From positions 31,139,756 through 31,203,755 of the forward strand of contig NC_043020.1 in NCBI RefSeq assembly GCF_006345805.1: 64,000 nt of DNA, read 5' to 3'. The translations under genes were made by a program, and so were the position numbers. The first letter of the stretch is position 1. Every line of letters begins with the position of its first letter. Shown piece after piece: positions 24,439-36,505 of the stretch. Below the pieces are notes generated by a model. The model was not told where the DNA came from, made no database searches, and saw only the letters and a program-made list of their open reading frames with translations. Source of the stretch: Octopus sinensis (Eukaryota).

Positions 24439-24654
24439 GATTAGGAATGGCTGTGTGATAAGTAGCTCCCTACGAAACGCAGTGTTCTTGGTTCAGTCCC
24501 ACTGCATGGCATCTTGGGCTAGTGTCTTCTACTATAGACTCGTGCCGACCAATCCTTGTGAGTGGAATTGATAGGCGGAACATACACACACACACACACA
24601 TTCACACAAACATATATATACATATATGTGTGTGTGTGTGTGTGTGTGTAGGGC

Positions 24655-24727
<73 letters not shown>

Positions 24728-24915
24728 GTTTGTATGTCTGTTTATCCCTCCAACACCGCTTGACAACCGGTGCTGGTGTCTTCATGTCCCCGTAACTTAG
24801 CGTTTCGTCAAAAGAGAAAATAGATTAAATACTAGGCCTACAAAAAATAAGTATTGGGTTCGAATTTCTCGAATAAAGGCGCTGCTGCGGCATGGAATAT
24901 ATATATGTGTATATA

Positions 24916-24964
<49 letters not shown>

Positions 24965-25553
24965 AGTGTGTGTGTTTGTAATGTCTGTTTATTTCTCGAA
25001 CATCGTTGGACAACGGGTGCTGGTGTGTACAATTCCCCGCACTTAGCGGTTCGGGAAAAGGGACCGATAGTTTAAATACTAGGCCTACAAAGTATAAGTC
25101 CTGGGGTCGATTTGCACGATAAAGGCATTGCTCCACCATGGCCGCAGTCAAATAATTGAAAAATTAAGTGTGTAAAATAGAAAATAACCAGAAAAGTTTA
25201 TATTCTCTGAACTACATCAATAAGGGAGATAACTGAAAATCAACTTTTAGAGTTACTTCCCTTGACATATTAATAAAAGACATGACAGTTTAAGATGTAG
25301 ATGCGTTTATATTTCCCATGCGAAGGGCACATTTGCATTCGCGCAGGAAGATACAAACATACACATGCAAATTTTCTGTTGTTAACTTTAACAAATAAAC
25401 ATTATAATTTACATTTAATTACACCCGAAAACTATGTAAAGTACTCACCATATCTAGTACTACCCTTTGGACATGATCGGGTTTTTATTTTGTTTTAGAT
25501 AGTATATATGCGTATGTGGGTATATACACGTGTATATGTATGAATGCATGTAT

Positions 25554-25600
<47 letters not shown>

Positions 25601-25655
25601 GTATGTATATATATATTCATAAATTTATAATTATATATATATCTGTAGGTATATA

Positions 25656-25708
<53 letters not shown>

Positions 25709-28700
25709 TCAAAAATGGAAGATAAAATTCCTGGAGGACTGGGTCGATGCCCATCCAAACCACATCCCTTTCTTCGTCCTCACTGAAACCCATCTTAGTA
25801 ACCTCCACTTGGAAGCCGAGGTGAAAGTTAAAAATTTCAAAGCCATTCGTGCTGATCGTGCTGGCAGAAGAAAGGGTGGGACTGCCATTTATGTTCATGA
25901 TTCATTCTCAACAGAAGCTATGAACATATTTTCCAATGGATACTGCAATCACACTGATACTATCCACAATATTGCAGTGGAGAAAACTCTACTCTCCGAC
26001 CATGACATGGTTCTCTGTGATCTGAGATTTCACCGGCCAAAATGCAAAACAAATGTCATCCCTCCTGTTCATCCATTTGACACTATGGATTTCCACAATG
26101 CAAACTGGGAAGCGATCAATAATGATCTTGTACAAGTCGATTGGTCCTTCACGCACACATACACACTCACTAACATCAAAAAGTCCTAGCAGTCATTTGT
26201 AGACACCATTACGAACAAGGCGCAGGAGTGGCTGTGTGGTTAGTAGCTTGCTAACCAACCACATGGTTCCGGGTTCAGTCCCACTGCGTGGCATCTTGGG
26301 CAAGTGTCTTCTGCTATAGCCCCGGGCCGACCAATGCCTTGTGAGTGGATTTGGTAGACGGAAACTGAAAGAAGCCTGTCGTATATATGTATATATATAT
26401 GTGTGTGTGTGTATGTGTTTGTGTGACTGTGTTTGTCCCCCTAGCATTGCTTGACAACCGATGCTAGTGTGTTTGCGTCTCCGTCACTTAGCGGTTCAGC
26501 AAAGGAGACCGATTGAATAAGTAATGGACTTACAAAGAATAAGTCCCGGGGTCGATTTCCTCGACTAAAGGTGGTGCTCCAATGACTGAAACAAGTAAAA
26601 GAGTAAAAGAGTAATATGTGCAAAACACACCCCATTAAGATCTGCAAACAAATCTAAGTGTCGAATCCCTAGAAATAGAAAATCTCTCATCAGGAAAATT
26701 AAAAGAATTAACAAAAAAAATCAACAAGCTGAGATACTGTCAACAGCAACACACCAACCTGACTGCCATCTCGTCACTAGAGATTAAAAAACATAAACTC
26801 CAAAACAACATATCTATCATCAATAGTCAGAGAAGAGCTGAAGAGGTCTGGGCCATTGAGAAGATCAAACTCAATCCCAAAGTGTTCTTTTCATTTGCAA
26901 AAAAACACAGAGTCACTGGTTCTACTGTTGGCCCTCTGATTGATGAAAATGGTACTCTTCAAGACAATGCCAAAACCATGGGAGAGATATTGCAGAAACA
27001 ATATTGCTCTGTTTTCAGCAATCCTGATATGACTGATCTGGGCTGTATCAGTGATGTTACTCCTTAATGCACTTTATCGGACCTAACCTTTGGCGCTCCT
27101 GATGTCTTAGCACCAATAAAGGAAATGGACCAAAATTCAGCAGTAGGTCCCGATAGGTTCCCTGCTTGTGTCTTGAAGATGTGTCAACACCAACTTGCAC
27201 CCCCTCTAGCCAATCTGTGGCGGAACTCACTGGATGCTGGATATATACCAGAAGACCTTCTATCCCAGTCTGTTGTCCCAGTTTTCAAAAAAGGAAACAA
27301 ATCGCTTGCCGTGAATTACCGTCCAATCTCACTCACCTCTCATATCATTAAGGTATTTGAGAGAGTGCTGAGATCGCGTATGACTCACTTCCTCGAGAGT
27401 CATAATATGCTGAACTCCAACCAGCATGGATTCCGTAATAGAAGAGATTGCCTGACGCAGCTACTGCATCATTTTGATGACATTTTGAGAGCCTTGGGAG
27501 AGGGTTCCAACACTGATGTCATCTACCTTGATTTCAGCAAGGCCTTTGACAGGGTTGATCATAAGATCCTTTTGAGAAAGCTGTTCAATATTGGTGTCAC
27601 TGGAAAGCTGCTGCAGTGGATCAAGTGCTTCCTGTCTAACAGAACCCAACATGTTGTAGTCGAAGGAGTCAAATCCAGCCCAGCCAAAGTCAGCAGTGGT
27701 GTCCCACAAGGCACTGTGTTGGGCCCACTTCTCTTCATCATCTACATTATTGATATTACTGACACCATCAAACACAGTAACATCAGAACCTTCGCTGATG
27801 ATTCCAAGCTCCAGAAGGTTATCAATGGCGTGGATGACCGAAAAAGCCTTCAGTCAGACTACTGGCTGTTGTCCAATGGGCAGAAAAGAACAACATGTTG
27901 CTAAACGAAGACAAATTCGAACTGATCCACTTTGGAAGGGAGGACGCTCTGAAACTCCCATACTATCTTCCTTCTGGAGAAATACTCATGGCGTCTAACA
28001 ACATCGGAGACTTGGGAGTAACAGTGGACAACAACATAAGCTGGGCTACACATATAAGCAGCAAAGTTGACATGGCCCGCAGAATGTGTTCCTGGATTCT
28101 CAGAACCTTCCAGTCGAGAGATTCTCACACCATTATCCTTCTTTTCTCCACTTTTGCCCGACCCCACCTTGAATACTGCTGTCCACTGTGGTCTCCCTGC
28201 ACAAAACAAAATATTATGAGAATTGAAGCTCCCCAAAGGTCAATCACAAAAAAGATAGATGGCATGTCAGACCTTGACTACTGGGGTAGACTACAGAAAC
28301 TCAAACTGTATTCACTCCAACGACGCCGTGAACGCTACATTATCTGTATGATGTGGAAAATATTCCATCAGCACTGTCCGAATGATGTTGGCATCACCTT
28401 CAAAATACATCCAAGGCTTGGACCACGTGCCATCCGTCCACAACAAAAATCTAAATCGCATCACATAGCGACAATACGGCACAATTATTTCACCTCAATT
28501 GGACCCGCTCTCTTCAACATTACACCAGGACACGTCAAAACAGAAACTGACCACACAAAATTCAAGAAGTCTTTGGACAAACTCCTTCAAACAGTCCCGG
28601 ACAAACCACCCACACCCGGATATGTCTCCGTAAACAATAACTCTCTGCTCGAATAGGCCTCGGTGCCCAAATCCTGAATTGAAAGACTTCGCCAGTTGGT

Positions 28701-28760
28701 GCTATTAAGTTAGACATGGCCTGGGCCAATACTGGCCAAAACCTTTCTAAGTTATTCTAA

Positions 28761-28763
<3 letters not shown>
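25709..28763 (+). mobile_element. CR1/L2-group LINE, ORF2 pseudogene (internally deleted endonuclease, RT 27125-28656), with (ttctaagtt)n tail
   Basis: TETHL and SDH endonuclease motifs; YRPISLTSH, QHGFR, YLDFSKAFDRVDH, GVPQGTVLGPLLF, FADD and YSLQRRRERY; frameshift near 27860-27900. Confidence 0.93.
26217..26614 (+). mobile_element. Full-length OR-type SINE inserted in the LINE
   Basis: tRNA-like head (ggagtggctgtgtgg...gggttcagtcccactgc), core, internal microsatellite and (gagtaaaa)n tail. Confidence 0.9.
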
Positions 28764-28798
<35 letters not shown>

Positions 28799-28819
28799 TA
28801 TATATATATATATATATAG

Positions 28820-28875
<56 letters not shown>

Positions 28876-28876
28876 A

Positions 28877-28914
<38 letters not shown>

Positions 28915-28917
<3 letters not shown>

Positions 28918-30039
28918 GAGCCTGTTGAGTGCCGAGCAGTGATTCGGTTTTTGTATTTGAAAGGACGCACACCACAGGAGACTTTTGATGAAATGAAAGT
29001 AACTTATGGTGATGATGCCCCATCATATGACCTTGTAAAACGCTGGCATCGTGAATTCAAACATGGTCGGAACTCTGTGGAAACAGCTCCCAGATCTGGT
29101 CGCCGCCTTCTGCCATTGATGAGGCATCTGTCTGTCAAGTTGAGGCTGCCATTTTGGAAGATCGACGCATAACTATTCGCCAAATAGCCCATCAGGTCAA
29201 GATTAGTACCGGGTCTGTGGAAACTATCATTCATGACCATTTGCATATGAAAAAGGTGTCTGCCAGATGGATTCCCAGGTTGCTCACACCTTTCCAGAAG
29301 CAAGAACGTGTCGATTGCTCGAGGGTGAATTTGGAGATGTGCCAAGAAGATGAGTCAAAATTTTTCAAAAGACTGATTACACAGGATGAAACCTGGGTCC
29401 ATCACTATGATCCAGAGTCCAAAGCCCAGTCAATGCAGTGGAAGCACCGTGACTCACCTCCTCCAAAGAAGGCAAGGGTGCAGCCCTCCGCTGACAAGGT
29501 CAGGCTCACAGTCTTCTGGGACCAGGACGGAGTAGTGATGACAGATTTCCTGGCAAAGGGTGTCACAATTACAGGAGTCTATTATGCTTCACTTTTGAGG
29601 AAATTAAGAGAAGCTATCAAAATCAAGAGGCGGGGCAAGATCAGCAAAGGCATCCTCCTCCTGCAGGACAACGCTCCGATCCACAACTCGTGTGTCGCCA
29701 GATCAGAAGCACAGGCGTGCGGCTATGAACTCATCCCCCATTCCCCCTACTCTCCTGACCTTGCACCCTCTGATTTTCACCTCTTCCCAGCCATGAAGTT
29801 GTTTTTGAAAGGAAAGCGTTTCCCAGATGATGCAGCCTTGATTTCTGAAGTCACGTCGTGGTTGGAGGACCAAGCTGGGGTCTTCTACAAAAATGGTCTT
29901 CAGAGCTGCATCAAACGATGGAAGAAATGCGTAACTCTGGGTGGTTCCTATGTAGAAAAAGACTAATAACTGTGCCAAGTTTCGTTGCTCTACTGCTATG
30001 GGAAGTGGGCCAGGGGCATTACTTATTGAACGCCCCTCG
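28915..30039 (+). mobile_element. mariner transposon (DD34D); transposase 28915-29966 with one frameshift; right TIR only
   Basis: WIPRLL, QDETW, QDNA and YSPDLAPSD motifs with 34 residues between the last two Asp; frameshift near 29105; terminal ggcattacttattgaacgcccctcg followed by TA. Confidence 0.95.
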
Positions 30040-30198
30040 TATATACATGCATATAACTATGTATATATGTATGTAAGCATATATATATATAGGATATATG
30101 CGTGTGTGGGTAAATACACGTATATACGTATGTATGTATATATAAATATATCTATGTATGTATATGTATGTATATATATATGTATGTATATATATATG

Positions 30199-30247
<49 letters not shown>

Positions 30248-30877
30248 TGTATGTATGTATATATATATATGTATGTATATATATATATGTATGTATATAT
30301 ATTATGTATGTATATATATATATGTATGTATATATATATATGTATGTATATATATATATGTATGTATAATATATATGTATGTATATATATATATGTATGT
30401 ATATATATATATATGTATGTATGTATATATACATGTATATATATATATGTATGTATGTATATATACATATATATATATATGTATGTATTATATATATATA
30501 TATATATTATGTATATATGTATGTATGCATATATACATATATATATTTATGTATATGTATGTATATGTATGTATATATATATATATTTGTATGTATGAGT
30601 ATATATATATATGTATGTATGTATATATACATATATATATTATGTATATATGTATGTATGCATATATATATATATTGTATGTATGAGTATATATATATAT
30701 GTATGATATATATATATATATATATATTTATGTATATATGTATGTATGCATATATATATATATTGTATGTATGAGTATATATATATATGTATGTATGTAT
30801 ATATACATATATATATTTATGTATATATGTATGTATGCATATATATATATATTTGTATGTATGAGTATATATATATA

Positions 30878-30915
<38 letters not shown>
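30040..30915. repeat. Long compound (TA)n/(TATG)n microsatellite
   Basis: About 870 bp of low-complexity repeat. Confidence 0.97.
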
Positions 30916-30918
<3 letters not shown>

Positions 30919-32159
30919 CGAGCACAGCCTTTAGACAAACATAACGTACCCCAGGACTTATTCTTTCGAAGCCTTGTACTTCTATCTTTTTTACTCTTTT
31001 GCGGAACCGTAAAGTTAGCGGGGCATATGTGTGTGTTGTGCTCACCCACAAACACACATACCTCCGAACACGCACACATAGATACATGCAAAGATACACA
31101 CTTGTTGCTATTTATGCTTTAAATATGTTGACCATAAAACTGTTACGTTCTGAAGAAATGTATGTGTGTGCTTTCATTTCTGTGTCTGTGTGTGAGCGCG
31201 CATGTGTGACAGTGTTTCCAGTTCAATGTTTGTGCCTGCGCATGTGTGTGTGAGTGAGGGAGTGTGTAAATGTGTATTTTGATTTCTCGGTGCGTGTGTG
31301 AGTGTGTAACTGTTTTCATTTCTGTGTGTATGTGCGTACGTTTGTGTGTGACTATTTTCATTTCTGTGTGTGTGTTTGTGCGCGTGTGAGTGTGTGAGTG
31401 TTTGGATGTGTAACTGTGTATTTTCATTTCTATGTATGTGTGTGTGTGTTTGTGCATGTGTGTGTGTGTGTGAGTGTGTAACTATGTTTTCATTTCTGTG
31501 TGTGTGTTTGTGCGCGTGTGAGTGTGTGAGTGTGTGGGTATTTTCATTTCAGTGTGTGTGTGTGAGTGTGTGAGTGTTTGGATGTGTAACTGTGTATTTT
31601 CATTTCTGTGTTTGTCCGTGTGTGTGAGTGTGTGAGTGTGTGAGTGTGTGAGTGTTTGGATGTGTAGCTGTGTATTATCATTTCTATGTGTGCGTGTGTG
31701 TGTGTGTGTGTTTGTGCGTATGTGAGTGTGTGTCTGTGTGTGAGTATTTTTTTCAGTATTTGTGTGTGGGGGACTGTTTTCATTTATGTGTGTGTGTGTG
31801 AGTGTGTGGGTATTTTCATTTCAGTGTTTGTGTGTGTGTGTGAGAATGTTTTCATTTCTGTGTTTGCGTGTGTGTGAGTGACTGTGTGTTTTTATTCGTT
31901 TGTGTGTGTGCGACAATTACAACTACAACAAACACTTTAACCATTTCTAAGATACCCACATTTGCAGATCACTAACTACTAAATCAAAAGAAGTTCAATT
32001 TATTGCACTTTTAGTGACTTCAGAAGTTGCTCATATTTTTCTCATATGGCGACAATGCATTAATTTCACAAGTGGATAAAACAAATTCTCATACTGGCGT
32101 GGAGAGGGCTGATATTCTAGCTGCGAGTGCTAAGTACCCAATGCCCCCCGTATCTACAT

Positions 32160-32405
32160 ACTGGATCGGTCATAATTGGTCTCATTCGGAGATCTCTCGG
32201 GTGTGGAATATTTATGACTATAGAAGTTAACTTGTTACAGGTTTTGTTTATGGCCTAACTTTTGTATATTTTGGGAAGTCCACAGACGTTACTGGCTTTG
32301 CAGTCAAACCTACTCAAGTAATTTGTCTCCTTTTTTGTTAAATCTTGTTGGAACTGGTGGATAAGAGTAGACAGTTTGGTCATTATCTTCGATTGACTGT
32401 AGTTG
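32160..32405 (-). pseudogene. Penelope-like element RT fragment
   Basis: Minus strand DLTKKETNYLSRFDCKASNVCGLPKIYKS...PRDLRMRPIM matches the Penelope RT YGLPKIHK...RPI region. Further copy at 62340-62460. Confidence 0.85.
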
Positions 32406-32406
32406 T

Positions 32407-34426
32407 TTCAATCTCTGTCTACAGAATTTCAATCTCTGTCTACTTCTGAAATAGATGCTGAGAACATTGAGGAAGTATACAGCAGCCTCATCAAATCAAC
32501 AGAGGAAGTTGCATTGGCTACTCTTCCCAAAAGGAAGAGTAGGGGCCAGAGCAAACCTTCTAATTCCCCAAATGTCATCGAAGCCAGAAACCATCTATAT
32601 TACTAGCTTACCACCGTTCTCCATCCCAGTTACTGAAGATCCAACTCATAGCTGCCAGGAAGAATCTTGATGAGGCTTACTTGAACGCCGAGGTCGAATT
32701 TATCAATGGCAAAATTAGTAAACTATCGAAAGAGCACATTAGTAAAAAACACCATCTCGCCTGGAAATCCATCAAAGACCTATCAGGCAAAAATTCTGGG
32801 TCATCAATTAGAATTAAAGGGGGATCAGCTAAGAAGCGTTTAGAAAATTGGTCAACCCATTTTAAAAACCTCCTTGGGAAGAATGCCAAAATCCCTGATA
32901 ACCCCACTCTCCCAAGTGTGCCTATATCAGACACGCTGGACATCAACACCTCCCCTTTTACCATATTTGAACTAACAGCAGCCACCAAGCAACTAAAAGC
33001 CTCGAAAGCATTTGGTCCCGACAACATTCCGGCTGTGATTTGGAAGGATGATAGATTTCACACACTTTTGCTCAACCTCTGCAACCACACACTTTCCACC
33101 TTTGTCGCTCCAAAGATTTGGCACCAATCTCAAATTATTCCAATACCCAAAAAAGGCGATTTGTCCCTCGTCACCAACTACAGGGGCATATCTTTAATGT
33201 CAATTGCTGCAAAACTGTACAACAAACTGATCCTAAATCGTCTTGTCCTTTTTGTTGAACCTTTGCTCCGAAAGAACCAAAATGGATTCAGACATGGGCG
33301 CTCAACGCTGAGCCAGATACTATGCCTGCGCAGACTTATTGAAGAATCAAAAGCATTTAATCGCGATCTTGCAATGGTATTTGTAGACTTTTCTAAAGCG
33401 TTCGATTCTGTAGATAGGTGCAAGATGTTTGAAATCCTTAAGCTCTATGGGATACCAGACAAAATTATTTCTGCCATCAAGGTCCTCTACACAGATACGT
33501 CTTCAACCATCTTAACCACTGATGGAGAAACATCATCTTTCTCAATCGAAGCCGGAATACTGCAGGGAGACACACTCGCCCCATTTCTTTTCATCATTGT
33601 TGTTGATTATGTGCTACGTATGTCAGTTGATACCATCTCTGGCAAGGGCTTTGAAATAAAACCAAGAAGAAGTTCCAGACACCCAGCTGAGTACTTGACA
33701 GACACTGACTTTGCTGACGACATCGCTCTTATCAGTGATTCTCTCTCCAATGCCCAGTCTCTTTTACAATCTCTTGAACAAGCCTCAAATTGTGTAGGTC
33801 TTTACCTCAATGAGGCCAAAACTGAATACATAAACAAGTGCCTGTCCAACAGTGACTGCATCATCCACACTCTCAACAGTGCGCCTTTAAATATGGTTTC
33901 TGATTATAAATATCTTGGGTTATACATATCATCATCTGCAAAAGACTTTCTAACTAGAAAGGGTATGGCCTGGTCAGCCTGTAATGACATGCATAAGATC
34001 TGGTCATCAAATCTAAGTAGAGACTTCAAACTTGAAATATTCAAAGCCACAGTTGAACCAATCCTACTATATGGCTCAGAAACCTGGACGTTATCAAAGA
34101 AGCTTGAGAGGCGGTTGGATGGAACCTACACTCGCCTCCTTATGAGAGCTCAAAATCTCTCGTGGAGGCGCCATCCAACCAAAATGCAAATATATGGGAA
34201 ATTACCACCTGTGTCATCTCTTGTGAAAGGTAGGAGAGTCCAGTTTGCTGGACATTGTTGTAGAGCTGAAAAAGAAGTAATTTCTACTCTTCTCCTCTGG
34301 AAGCCATCTACTCGCAACACCAGAGGGCGCACACTCTCCTACCCTGATGTAATCTCCAGGGATACAGGCATCCAGCAACAGGACCTCCGTAATGCTATGA
34401 TGGACCGTGAACAATGATGATGATGA
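32407..34426 (+). mobile_element. 5'-truncated RTE-group LINE with 9-bp target-site duplication
   Basis: TGTAGTTGT at 32398-32406 and 34427-34435; (TGA)n tail; empty-site paralog at ~24105-24122. Confidence 0.93.
32681..34417 (+). CDS. LINE reverse transcriptase domain, 578 open codons, no endonuclease
   Basis: YRGISL, QNGFR, FVDFSKAFDSV, GILQGDTLAPFLF, FADD, YKYLG and LLYGSETW are all in one frame. Confidence 0.9.
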   Translation: MNAEVEFINGKISKLSKEHISKKHHLAWKSIKDLSGKNSGSSIRIKGGSAKKRLENWSTHFKNLLGKNAKIPDNPTLPSVPISDTLDINTSPFTIFELTAATKQLKASKAFGPDNIPAVIWKDDRFHTLLLNLCNHTLSTFVAPKIWHQSQIIPIPKKGDLSLVTNYRGISLMSIAAKLYNKLILNRLVLFVEPLLRKNQNGFRHGRSTLSQILCLRRLIEESKAFNRDLAMVFVDFSKAFDSVDRCKMFEILKLYGIPDKIISAIKVLYTDTSSTILTTDGETSSFSIEAGILQGDTLAPFLFIIVVDYVLRMSVDTISGKGFEIKPRRSSRHPAEYLTDTDFADDIALISDSLSNAQSLLQSLEQASNCVGLYLNEAKTEYINKCLSNSDCIIHTLNSAPLNMVSDYKYLGLYISSSAKDFLTRKGMAWSACNDMHKIWSSNLSRDFKLEIFKATVEPILLYGSETWTLSKKLERRLDGTYTRLLMRAQNLSWRRHPTKMQIYGKLPPVSSLVKGRRVQFAGHCCRAEKEVISTLLLWKPSTRNTRGRTLSYPDVISRDTGIQQQDLRNAMMDREQ

Positions 34427-34568
34427 TGTAGTTGTTGATTTTCAACCGATGCTGGTGTGTTTTCCTCCCTGTATTTTAGCGGTTCGGGAAAAGAGAATAA
34501 GAATAAATACTAGGCTTACAAAGAATAAGTGCTGCGGACGTACTGCTCGTCTAAAGGCGGTGCTCCAG

Positions 34569-34610
<42 letters not shown>

Positions 34611-35209
34611 CAGATTTACGTGTATATACCCACACACGCATATATACTATCTAAAACAAAAAAGAAACTTGATTATGTCCGAAGGGTAGTACTAGATAAT
34701 ATCATTACTTTATATATTTGTGGGGCGTAATGAAAAGTAAATGATGAGCTAGTCAATGTTTATTTGTTAAAGGTACCAGCAGATTACTTGCATGTGTATG
34801 TGTGTCTGTACGTGCGCGCATGCTCGTGTCCCCTTTCGCAAGCGAAAAACAAACACACCTATTACAGAAATTGCATGAAACGTATTATATGTTAGGGAAG
34901 TAACTCTTAGGAGATATTTTCAGCTATCTCCCTAGTGAACAGGTCATAGACTTTTGTCGCTATATACTCTTTTACTCTCATTTACTCGTTTCAGTAATTT
35001 GACTGTGGCCATGCTGCAGCACCACATTTAGTCGAACATATTGACCCCAGGACTTATTCTTTGTAGGCATAGTAATTATTTATCGGTCTCTTTCGCTGAA
35101 ACTCTAAGTCACGGGGACGTAAACAGACTAGCATCAGTTGTAAAGCGATGCTTGGGGACAAACACAGACATACAACACACACACACACACACAACACACA
35201 CACACACAC

Positions 35210-35244
<35 letters not shown>

Positions 35245-35527
35245 AACACATATACGACTGGGTTATTTCAGTTTCCTTCCACCAAATCCAATCACAAAGT
35301 TTGGGTCGGTCCGGAGCTATAGTAGAAGACAATTGCACATGATGCCAGGCAGTGGGAATGAACCCGAAAATATGTGGTTCGTAAGCAAACTACTTACCAC
35401 ACAGCCATTCCTGCGCCTATATTCATATATCCGACGAACTTCTTTCAGTTTCCGTCTCCCAAATCCACTCAGAAGTCTTTGGTCGGCTCGAGGCTATAGT
35501 TGAAAACACTTCACGAAGGAGCCACGC

Positions 35528-36406
35528 GTACCCACACCCTGACCACGGCTTTCAACCGATTCTGATGAAACTTGACACACACATAGCCCAATGTCATAAT
35601 TCAAAACTAACACAGCGAAAATTTTGAAAAGTTCCCCCAGTTCTGAAAAAATCGATAGATTCGACATGGGGTCAAGAATCTAAGCTTTTCATATGCAACA
35701 CATTTTCCGTTGTAGTTTTTGCAACTTGCAATCGATTTTCACCAAACTCATAGTGAAGCTTAATGTTACCCTAAGGAACTTAATTCTGGCGTAAGTTTTC
35801 CATGCAATCAGAAAAAATCGATAAAATCATGCCATTTTGGGAAATCGCGTTCAAATTCAAGATGACATATTTTCAACAATATCTTTAACAAATTGGCAGG
35901 AATTTTTTATGAAATTCACAGCGAGCATCATGTCTGCTCCAAGGAGCTATATGGCCCTTTTGATTCCAATAGGATACGTTATTACTGGAAAAAATCGGTT
36001 AATTACATCATATGTGGCACACATAGCAAACCGATTTTTCTGCGATATTTTTTGAAAGTTCACATAGATTTTCCCTACACCGACGTTGCATTAAATGTCA
36101 AACTAACGACCTTTTGTCAATGCAGTTAACAAGTATTGGGAGAAATCAACAAAACCATATCACTTTGAGACCGACCATGCGAACCCTACAAAACTGACTT
36201 TTGTTAAATAGTTGGCGGATTTCAGGCGATTTAGTCGATTTATGCCGCTTTTATCATAAAGGTTACTAGAAATGGCATATGTTTTCCTTTTGCTTCAAAT
36301 CCGAGCAATGTTGGGCTGTAGATGCGTTAAGTTAGGATTAGGTAGGGCTCAGCTGTGGTCCGAACCCAACTTGGGTTCTAGGGGGCAACGGCGGGCTATG
36401 CTGCTA

Positions 36407-36407
<1 letters not shown>
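35528..36407 (+). mobile_element. Putative non-autonomous Helitron-like element
   Basis: ttcaaccgattctgatgaaacttg motif with internal repeats of cgatttt; GC-rich ggcaacggcgggc followed by CTAG|T at 36404-36408. Confidence 0.5.
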
Positions 36408-36499
<92 letters not shown>

Positions 36500-36505
36500 T
36501 GTGTG

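Larger units (their letters stand above)
31830..35340 (+). repeat. Older duplicon, paralogous to ~62090-63150 apart from the RTE insertion
   Basis: Same order of TG-minisatellite, linker, Penelope fragment, SINE tail, (TA)n and ctaaa-caaaaaagaaacttgattatgtc unique sequence. Confidence 0.85.

Noticed and set aside
25330-25375. Pair of octamer motifs (ATTTGCAT/ATGCAAAT) as an snRNA enhancer
   Set aside because: No snRNA-like gene nearby, and such 8-mers are frequent in AT-rich DNA.
26217-26290. tRNA genes
   Set aside because: A/B-box-like heads continue into SINE bodies; no cloverleaf was found.
28757-31091. Many ORFs rich in YIYI, CVCV, RERE or SLSL here and throughout the window
   Set aside because: These are translations of (TA)n, (TG)n and (GA)n microsatellites.
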